Assembly: GCA_013239625.1 (NCBI GenBank)
Contig: MU053652.1
Location: 9,266,319-9,286,318, forward strand
From: Lama guanicoe
Lineage: Eukaryota
Direction: 5' to 3'
DNA: 20,000 nucleotides
Shown: positions 11,465 to 20,000 of the stretch, piece by piece
How the letters are laid out: every line of letters starts with the position of its first letter
Position numbering within the stretch: the stretch's first letter is position 1
Notes under the pieces: model-generated
The model's input: the letters and a program-made list of their open reading frames with translations, nothing else
What the model was told of the DNA's origin: nothing
Database searches by the model: none
Position numbers and translations under genes: made by a program

Positions 11465-12056
11465 CCACTTTGACTGACCCAGTGTAACAGCCTTTTAACT
11501 GAGTTTCCTCATTCCCAGTCTCACTCTGCTCCAGTCCACCCTATACTCTGATACACCTAAGAGATCTACTCGAATCATTCCGCTGCTCAAAACCCTTCAA
11601 TGGTTCCCCACTATGTACTAGGCAATCTCCAAATCCTTCAATTAGCCATTAGAAATCCTACCTACTATTTGAAACTTATCCACTAATATACACCCATCCC
11701 AATTTTCCCCTCCCTCTAAACACTACACTCTCATTCTTATTCCATGCTTCTGTGTATACCATCATTTTCGTCACCAGTGCCCTTCTCCCAAACAGTGACC
11801 CCTGAAGACCTACCTACCCCCACCACCCAGCAGGGTCAACATCCAACATCATCTCCTCTTAGAAACATTCCCAGAGGTGAATTTACACTCCCACCCAACT
11901 CACAGTTTCATGTTCTGCAAACTCTGCCATGTATGAGAGCTACTTCTGTACAGATTTTTCTCTCTTGCAAAGGTTTACCAGACCACTAGAGAAATATTCT
12001 CTCTAGGAGAATATTAATCACAAACAAGGTGCTCAATAAACATTCAATGACTTGAT
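11465..12056 (+). mobile_element. L2 LINE 3' portion
   Basis: ctgctcaaaacccttcaatggttcccca internal motif and terminal ggtgctcaataaacattcaatgacttgatt match recalled L2 3' consensus. Confidence 0.85.
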
Positions 12057-12734
12057 TTGTGCTTGTGTTCTCACCATTTATGATTAAGAATATTAAAACA
12101 GTTCTTTGGACCATCTAAAAAGTTCTTTGTAAATTTCTAAATGCTATCAGTGCTTTTCAAATATAGCAAAAACAAATAGTTTAGATAGCATGATAAATAA
12201 TGAAAATGTAATTTTAAACACATACACAAAATGAACTGCTGAAATGAAAAAATACAGCTAAATCCTGTAACTATTACATAATAAAAAAATCGTAACTCTG
12301 ATTCTAACCAATTATGCATGGAGAAAGAAAATAATCAAGACAAGGGAACAGTAAGAATATGTATCATTGACAAAAAGAAAGATATTAGGTGCCCATGTCC
12401 TGGTAAATGCACTTGTGTCTCCAATCGGAGTGGTTCAGTAATCCTCCCATCTGCTGACAGACTTGAATCTCTGGACCAACTCCAAGACCGTCTGGCCTCC
12501 TATAGCTCCCCTGGCTTGCAAAGACTGTGAGGTCAACCATTATAGTCCACACTCCTCCTTCTAGGGTTACTCTGAAACTGAAACTGCCTTAAGAAGAGGA
12601 GAGAGGGGTGGGAAGTTTTCCAGGGCCTTTGTCCTGTGGTACTAGCTTTGTTTTAGGATAGGATGAAACTTGCCAGTATCTCCACCTTAAGAAAAACGAA
12701 CTAAGATTGGTAGTATCACGAGGTTGACCTAGAT

Positions 12735-13287
12735 CTGTCGTTTTTAAACCCTGGCTGTACTGTGTAATCACCTGGGGAGTTTTAAGAAAATATTCACGTC
12801 TGGGCCCTTGCACCCACTCATGTACTTGATCCAGGGTAGGGCCCAGATCAGTATGTTTTAAAAGTTCCTGTGGAATATAGTCAGCTCAGGCTGCTATAAA
12901 AAGAAAACCATTGACTGGGTGGCTTAAACAACATTTATTTCTCACAGTTCTGGAGGCTTAGAAGTCCAAGATCAAGGGGCTAAAAGATTTGGGTCCTGGA
13001 GGGAGCTCTTTCTTGGCTTACAGATAGCTGCCTTCTTTCTGTGTTCCTGCATGGCAGAGAGAAAGAGACCTTTGGTCTCTTTTTCCCTTCTTAAAAGGAC
13101 ATTAATCCCATCAAGGGGACTCCACCCTCATGCTCTCACCCAAACCTAATTACCTCCCCAAGGTTCCACCTCCAAATACCAGCACAATGGGGGTTAGGAC
13201 TTCAACACAGGAATACCAGGAGGGACACAATCATTCAGTCCATAACACCAGATAATTTGAAAGTCCAGCCAGGACTGAGAACCACTG
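12735..13287. mobile_element. MER5-family (MER5B-like) hAT-Charlie DNA transposon, split by an LTR
   Basis: Left arm ctgtcgtttttaaaccctggctgtactgtgtaatcacctggggag, right arm ccagccaggactgagaaccactg; 8-bp TSD acctagat (12727-12734) / acctggat (13288-13295), 7/8 identical. Confidence 0.9.
12874..13247 (-). mobile_element. MLT1A-type MaLR solo LTR
   Basis: ggctgctataa...gactgggtggcttaaacaacatttatttctcacagttctggaggc...aagtccaagatcaagg...gggggttaggacttcaaca...cattcagtccataaca; ~374 bp, the expected LTR length. Confidence 0.92.
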
Positions 13288-14344
13288 ACCTGGATTGGTG
13301 CTTATCAATCTTTTTTCACACTGAAACAAACACGACAGGGGATCATGCATGCAATACTCTCCGACTGGCAGACCAAGATTCTGCACGATTCTGTGTGCTG
13401 GGTGAGATGCCACCCTTATGTGTCCCATTCCAGGTAATGTGCCAAAATGCAAGAGGACGAAAATGTCATTACAGAAGTACTTCTTAATCTAGTGACAATG
13501 TGATTGACAACCATGAGAAAAACCTAGAAAAGTTCCTTATATCTGGCCAGCATTTTTTTTTAGACCAAGCACACAATCAGGACTTTGGTGGTGACCATGA
13601 TTTCTGCAAAAAGAGGTCATTTTAAACAGAAACATTTTCTTTCATTCCTACTCGAGGTACTAAGTTTATCAGTTCAGAGAAAAGGTCTATTGTCAAGACC
13701 CAAACTCTTTAGGTAAAATGTTAGAGCTCTAGGCATCAAGAAATAAGCAGACGGGTCAGTGACAGTGAAAGAAAAGAAAAATAATGGTGACAATGTGGAA
13801 AGCAGAGAGAGAGAAGGACAGAAGGATCCTCCCAGAGTGGAGAGGTACCTGCGGACACTGTTCTCAATATTTTAACAGAAAATTCTTTTTTCCTACTAAT
13901 TAATCATCATTCTTTCCAAAGCTATAAAGCCTGTATCTCCAAGGAAACTTGTACAAAATTTATCTTTTGTCAGTGGGTCCATAAATTGGTATGTGCCTAC
14001 TGAATGAAACCAGAAAGTTGACATTAACCAGGACTCTGAATACTCGCATTTATCTTAACATCTGCGTGCAAGTATCAGAAGCAAAAAGAAAAAAAAGAGA
14101 GACAAGCTGCCCATTTTTACATATTATAATTTTTAGGCAGAAAGAAATGTCAACACGTGCTTATAAAATTATGTTAACTACCAAGTCCCCAAAATTATAT
14201 TAACACAGTAAAAATATTTTAAATAACAGTATCAAATGGCGTCTATCTCCTTCCTATCAAATCCTTCACCACAATGCTGAGCAATGGTGACTTTTCTTTT
14301 TCAATCTTAAACTTGTGCTTAAAAGAATTGAGGTGAAGAGGAAA

Positions 14345-14420
14345 TAGAAACCAAAGAAAGAAAGAGAGAGAGAGAGAAAGAAAGAGTAAGGAAGGAAGGT
14401 GAGTGAGGAGAAAATAAAGC
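14345..14420. repeat. Purine-rich (AG/AAAG/GGAA) low-complexity tract
   Basis: aaagaaagaaagagagagagagagaaagaaagagtaaggaaggaagg. Confidence 0.85.
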
Positions 14421-14499
14421 AAAGATCCTAATCAAAGAGCAACTTGTTATTGTTTTTAACTCTTGTAATAATTTCTAACTCATCCCATGCCCTGTTCCA

Positions 14500-14600
14500 T
14501 TTGAATTCAACTCAGTTCAAATATTTGCTGAACATCTGCTACATGCAGGGCTGAGCCAGATGCAGCACCTATCATCTAGGACTAATGATAAAACCTCAGA
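14500..14600 (-). mobile_element. Short L2 3'-end fragment
   Basis: ttcaaatatttgctgaacatctgctacatgcaggg resembles the antisense L2 terminus. Confidence 0.55.
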
Positions 14601-14859
14601 CAAATTAGACAAACTCCAAAAGCACACATATCCACATAATGTAACTGTACTTCCTGTCAGTTATCTGCTTTCCAGAACTGCCTTGGGCTACTACTTCTCA
14701 TGGCCAGCTTGACTAGAGAGGACCCAACATGATGGCTTCTGACTGACTGAAAATACTGCCTTCATGGGCTCAAGATACTTCATGGCTCATTAGTGACCAC
14801 CCTTCATGCCCACTGCCCTCTCCTCCCTAACAGGTAAATGTGCATGCAAGTGCATGTGT

Positions 14860-14888
14860 GCACACACACACACACACGCACACACACA
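14860..14888. repeat. (CA)n microsatellite preceded by TG/CA alternation
   Basis: gtgcatgtgtgcacacacacacacacacgcacacacaca. Confidence 0.9.
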
Positions 14889-15277
14889 TCAAACGCTAGC
14901 TTTATGCCCTGCCCCCTCCCCCACCCCGGGCACATCCAAGCTTTCTTGCTGCCAACTCATCTAAAATTAAACTCTCACTCAAAATTGCTCCTGCCACCAC
15001 ACATGCAGTATCAAACATGGGGGCTGTATTTTTTCATGAACAGATAGTGTCAGGATCTAGGTGATGCTTCAGTGCATTTCTGGAAGAATCAAAGAAAGTG
15101 AAGGTCTGGTGCCAGAAGTGGCATTAAAGATGGATGGCTAAAGATCAGTGCTGACCTAGTTCTTGGATTGAGATCAGAATCAAAAGAAGGAAAAGCCAGA
15201 GGAAACTGGCTGATCTCAACCACAAAAAGCTCCTGCTATCTAAGAAGCTTCACAGTACTCTCCCTATGACCTTAGGA

Positions 15278-15440
15278 ATTAAAGATTTATTATGTACCTA
15301 CTGTTGGTGCTAAGTCCAAGAATGCTAAGTCCAAGGATGAATGAAATACAAGTTTTTGCCCTCAATGAGCTAGTCTAGGGGGAGAGAAGGACAGGTACAT
15401 CACAAAACAACACAGTGAATGCTAGGACAATTTATGGGAA
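15278..15440 (-). mobile_element. L2 3'-end fragment with internal 13-bp direct repeat
   Basis: atttattatgtacctactg...gccctcaatgagctagtctaggggg; tgctaagtccaag at 15308-15320 and 15323-15335. Confidence 0.6.
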
Positions 15441-15710
15441 ATGAGTTGTGCTCACTCCCGAACCAGCAGCTAATCTCTCCCATTCAACCCCCGTCTATAA
15501 AGGCCACAAAGTGACCAGTAAACTCTGTTCACCCGTTGCTATTCCACCTCGGGCCACCAGAACGTCTCTGTGATTTCTGTATGCCTGACACGACACAGGG
15601 ACACAGGCCAACATAACCAACTCATACCAATACTTCAAATGATTTGAATGACTTTAGAAGTCTTTTCAGTTGAGTTGACTTCTCATCAGTACTATCTACC
15701 AACACTTTAT

Positions 15711-15906
15711 CAGTTTTTGATAGACTTTCTGCAGTGATATGAATGTTCTACGTGTGCACTGCCCCATGCGGCAGCCACGAGTCACCTGTGCCCACTGAGC
15801 TCTTGAAATGTGGCTGGTGTGAATGAGGAACTGAATGAATGCATTTCAATAAATTTGCAATTAAATAGCCACATATACCTGGTGGCCATAGTCCTGGACA
15901 GCAGAG
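15711..15906 (+). mobile_element. MER3 hAT-Charlie DNA transposon
   Basis: atagactttctgcagtgatatgaatgttcta...cttgaaatgtggctggtgtgaatgaggaactgaat...aaatagccacat...ggacagcagag matches recalled MER3 layout and ~200-bp length; no clean TSD. Confidence 0.85.
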
Positions 15907-16178
15907 TTCTAAAATATAAGTGCTTTATAGGATTGTGCCGTATGATCAAATAATTTTTCCCTTAAAGCCTACACGTATGTTATACAAGCCTCTGAAGAAT
16001 TACAAACGTGAAGAAAAACTGATTTCCTTTTGTAACCTGCAGCTGCTGCCAGGGACTACTCCCAACAAGACACTAAAAGTTAAAGCACAATCGAAACATA
16101 CATATGTCTTATATAAATTGGTTCTGACTTTTACCACTGGACTTCTTGATGAATTGGGAAAAATTTTTAAATATTTGA

Positions 16179-16431
16179 GGTGCATGTATCTTTTCAAATT
16201 AGTTTCCTCCAGATATACAGCAAGGAGTGGGATTGCTAGATCACAGGATAAGTCTATTTTCACTTTTTTAAGGAATCTCCATACTGTTTTCCAAAATGGC
16301 TACACCAAACTACATTCCCACCAACAGTGTAGGAGGGTTCCCTTTTCTTCACACCCTCTTCAATGTTATCATTTGTGGACTTATTAGTGATGGTCATTCT
16401 GACTGTGAGGTGATACTTCATCATAGTTTTC
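16179..16431 (-). mobile_element. Inverted 5' segment of a young L1 (ORF2 C-terminal region)
   Basis: Minus translation [19 protein letters not shown] (cf. L1 ORF2 PYDPAIPLLGIYP); acattcccaccaacagtgtaggagggttccc is antisense L1 ORF2. Confidence 0.92.
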
Positions 16432-17021
16432 ACTCAATTCAAAAGGAACATGTACCCCCAATGTTCATAGCAGCACTATATACAATAGTCAAGACATGGA
16501 CGCAACCTAAATGTCCATCATGAGATGACTGGATAAAGAAGCTGTAGTACATTTATACAATGGAATACTACGCAGCCATAAAAAAGAATTAAATAATGTC
16601 ATTTGCCACAACATGGATGGACACGGAGATCATCATACTAAATGAAGTAAGACAGAAAGAGAAAGAAAAATACATGATATCATTTCTATGTGGAATCTGA
16701 AAAAAAAAAGATATGAACTTATTTACAAAACAGAGACAGACTCACAGACATAAAAAACAAACTTATGGTTACCGGGGGGAAGTGGGTGGGGAGGGGAGTT
16801 TGAGATTTGTAGATACTAACTACCATATATAAAGTAAACAACAAGGTCCTACTGTATAGCACGGGGAACTACATTCAATACCTTGTAATAGCTCATAATG
16901 AAAAAGAATATGAAAAGGAATATATATACATACACACACATAAATATATATGTATAACTGAATCACTATGCTGTACACCAGAAATCAACACAACATTGTA
17001 AATCGACTTTACTTCAATAAA
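16432..17021 (+). mobile_element. Sense 3' segment of the same L1 (ORF2 end and 3'UTR)
   Basis: PMFIAALYTIVKTWTQPKCPS; 3'UTR ...aatcactatgctgtacaccagaaatcaacacaacattgtaaatcgactttacttcaataaaaa; TSD aaatatttga at 16169-16178 and 17022-17031. Confidence 0.95.
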
Positions 17022-17454
17022 AAATATTTGAAAGTTAAGATATATAATACATTAAGAGATACTTGCGAAAGATTGTTAACGAGTTCTAAAAGAAGCAAAT
17101 ATCTTCAAAGTGAGACTTAAAGGAGGTTTTCAAAGCGGAGATTGATTCAGATCAGCTGGATTATAGGGATCATGTGTCTTAGGACTCTATGTTTATGCGC
17201 TGCTTCATTATAAGCGCCCATCCAGTACACTAGAAAAGATAAATTATGCCTTAATTTTTTTTAAAAGGGAAAAAAGTAACATGGGAGCACATGGGAAAAT
17301 CATGACTGGAGATCTGAAAGAAAGCAAATGAGAACGTGAAAGGTAGCATCACTTCTTACGTGGAGAGTTAGTAAATTCCAAACAGTAAACTGATCTCCTA
17401 GGAATGAAAGGAGAAAGAGGATCAGACTTGGGAGTAAGAAGAAACATACAGGCT

Positions 17455-17635
17455 GAGGCAGGCTGTATGATGTTAGGTACATCATTTGACTTCTCTGTGC
17501 CTCAGTTTCCTCCACTGGAAAATGTGTAAAATGAAAACACCTACCTGAAACAGTTTTGGGCAGAATGAAGTGAGAAAATGTATATAAGATGTTCAGCATT
17601 GGGTCTGCACCCCGCGAACACTGATGGATGGTAAA
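17455..17635 (+). mobile_element. MIR SINE
   Basis: Core cttctctgtgcctcagtttcctc, acctacct, gtgagaaaatgtatataag. Confidence 0.85.
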
Positions 17636-18305
17636 TGGAAATAAAATATAAGCTTGTCTTCTTAATCAAGCCCCTCCCTTGAGGTCCTCTGGTCCAGAAT
17701 GGAGGAGTTCCATCTCCATAATACAGTCTGAACAGTTGGCAAATGGGAGGTCAAGCAAAGCTACCAGGTTAGATGTCAAGCCACTCAAATCTCTTTGGAG
17801 TCAGGGGAATGTGGAAATGCAGTGCGTGCTTCCAGAAAGACCTGAATTTTTGCCAGAAGCAAAATTCTCACAACATAAAATTCTAAGCAAATTCTCAAAC
17901 GTCTAGCACAGACATGAGAGCATAAACGAATTCATCAATGAAATGATGTATCCTGGCAAACTTTCCTGAGTGGAAGCAACTATAGTCTGTAGTAAAAAGG
18001 AGAGAGAGATGAAATAAAGAAAATTGCTACTCTGCAAATCAAAAGTAATTAATTTTCTGAATGGAAACTAGTTACTATTTGGGGAAAAGAAGGCATGAAT
18101 ATTTTCTATTCCTGATTATACTTTGTTTTCAGAAGATAAATAGACCAAGCTGAGAATCCCAGCATACTGGATTTCACCGATTCCATACTCAAGATAAATT
18201 AAGCAATTAATTCTTGCAGAGGAATTGGGTATAATCTGTAGTCAAGCAGTTATACTTGACTTAAAAGTTCAGAATTTGATTAATTACAGATTTTACAATA
18301 ATACT

Positions 18306-18932
18306 NNNNNNNNNNNNNNNNNNNNNNNNNNNNNNNNNNNNNNNNNNNNNNNNNNNNNNNNNNNNNNNNNNNNNNNNNNNNNNNNNNNNNNNNNNNNNNN
18401 NNNNNNNNNNNNNNNNNNNNNNNNNNNNNNNNNNNNNNNNNNNNNNNNNNNNNNNNNNNNNNNNNNNNNNNNNNNNNNNNNNNNNNNNNNNNNNNNNNNN
18501 NNNNNNNNNNNNNNNNNNNNNNNNNNNNNNNNNNNNNNNNNNNNNNNNNNNNNNNNNNNNNNNNNNNNNNNNNNNNNNNNNNNNNNNNNNNNNNNNNNNN
18601 NNNNNNNNNNNNNNNNNNNNNNNNNNNNNNNNNNNNNNNNNNNNNNNNNNNNNNNNNNNNNNNNNNNNNNNNNNNNNNNNNNNNNNNNNNNNNNNNNNNN
18701 NNNNNNNNNNNNNNNNNNNNNNNNNNNNNNNNNNNNNNNNNNNNNNNNNNNNNNNNNNNNNNNNNNNNNNNNNNNNNNNNNNNNNNNNNNNNNNNNNNNN
18801 NNNNNNNNNNNNNNNNNNNNNNNNNNNNNNNNNNNNNNNNNNNNNNNNNNNNNNNNNNNNNNNNNNNNNNNNNNNNNNNNNNNNNNNNNNNNNNNNNNNN
18901 NNNNNNNNNNNNNNNNNNNNNNNNNNNNNNNN
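18306..18932. other. Assembly gap (627 N)
   Basis: Run of N characters. Confidence 1.
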
Positions 18933-19241
18933 ATGAACTTATTTACAAAACAGAGACAGACTCACAGACATAAAAAACAAACTTATGGTTACCGGGGGGA
19001 AGTGGGTGGGGAGGGGAGTTTGAGATTTGTAGATACTAACTACCATATATAAAGTAAACAACAAGGTCCTACTGTATAGCACGGGGAACTACATTCAATA
19101 CCTTGTAATAGCTCATAATGAAAAAGAATATGAAAAGGAATATATATATATACACACACATAAATATATATGTATAACTGAATCACTATGCTGTACACCA
19201 GAAATCAACACAACATTGTAAATCGACTTTACTTCAATAAA
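18933..19241 (+). mobile_element. L1 3'UTR (second copy)
   Basis: Copy of 16713-17021, followed by the same aaatatttga flank. Confidence 0.95.
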
Positions 19242-19674
19242 AAATATTTGAAAGTTAAGATATATAATACATTAAGAGATACTTGCGAAAGATTGTTAAC
19301 GAGTTCTAAAAGAAGCAAATATCTTCAAAGTGAGACTTAAAGGAGGTTTTCAAAGCGGAGATTGATTCAGATCAGCTGGATTATAGGGATCATGTGTCTT
19401 AGGACTCTATGTTTATGCGCTGCTTCATTATAAGCACCCATCCAGTACACTAGAAAAGATAAATTATGCCTTAATTTTTTTTAAAAGGGAAAAAAGTAAC
19501 ATGGGAGCACATGGGAAAATCATGACTGGAGATCTGAAAGAAAGCAAATGAGAACGTGAAAGGTAGCATCACTTCTTACGTGGAGAGTTAGTAAATTCCA
19601 AACAGTAAACTGATCTCCTAGGAATGAAAGGAGAAAGAGGATCAGACTTGGGAGTAAGAAGAAACATACAGGCT

Positions 19675-19855
19675 GAGGCAGGCTGTATGATGTTAGGTAC
19701 ATCATTTGACTTCTCTGTGCCTCAGTTTCCTCCACTGGAAAATGTGTAAAATGAAAACACCTACCTGAAACAGTTTTGGGCAGAATGAAGTGAGAAAATG
19801 TATATAAGATGTTCAGCATTGGGTCTGCACCCCGCGAACACTGATGGATGGTAAA
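19675..19855 (+). mobile_element. MIR SINE (second copy)
   Basis: Identical to 17455-17635. Confidence 0.85.
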
Positions 19856-20000
19856 TGGAAATAAAATATAAGCTTGTCTTCTTAATCAAGCCCCTCCCTT
19901 GAGGTCCTCTGGTCCAGAATGGAGGAGTTCCATCTCCATAATACAGTCTGAACAGTTGGCAAATGGGAGGTCAAGCAAAGCTACCAGGTTAGATGTCAAG

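Larger units (their letters stand above)
18933..20000 (+). repeat. Near-identical direct copy of 16713-17780 (offset 2220)
   Basis: Line-by-line comparison gave only two differences: 16929 C/19149 T and 17216 G/19436 A. Confidence 0.97.

Noticed and set aside
12100..12140. Imperfect ~21-bp tandem pair (agttctttg...tctaaa)
   Set aside because: Only two degenerate units; ordinary slippage duplication, not an array
12318..12590. GC-richer patch with short ORFs and a minus-strand acceptor-like site
   Set aside because: No strong donor or recognisable product; may be an unidentified old repeat
15920..16387. 155-aa plus-strand ORF
   Set aside because: Chance frame running from unique DNA into antisense L1
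18225..19052. 275-aa ORF
   Set aside because: Artefact of translating through the N gap
17300..19819. Two identical 99-aa ORFs suggesting a gene pair
   Set aside because: Antisense MIR translation (VEETEAQR) repeated by the gap-flanking duplication
1..20000. CRISPR array, rRNA/tRNA genes or prokaryotic operon-type system
   Set aside because: No repeat-spacer periodicity, no RNA gene signatures, no dense coding; the repeat content is mammalian

Overview
AT-rich, CpG-depleted mammalian (eutherian) genomic DNA, intronic or intergenic. The young L1 3' end resembles camelid/cetartiodactyl L1, which is a recognition from memory and not a search result. No recognisable protein-coding gene, RNA gene or prokaryotic-type system is present, and the listed ORFs are chance ORFs or retrotransposon relics. 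The window holds old interspersed repeats (several L2s including a 1.4-kb piece with degenerate RT motifs, L1 fragments, MIR, MER3, and a MER5-family element with an 8-bp TSD split by an MLT1A-type solo LTR), a younger 5'-inverted L1 with a 10-bp TSD, and microsatellites. After a 627-N gap, 1068 bp is re-stated with only 2 differences (probably an uncollapsed haplotype). A repeat-poor stretch (~5.2-11.4 kb) contains a CpG-enriched patch, a G-rich/TATA element and two plus-strand exon-like segments that would splice in frame into an unrecognised ~141-codon ORF. That is the best but still speculative novelty candidate.
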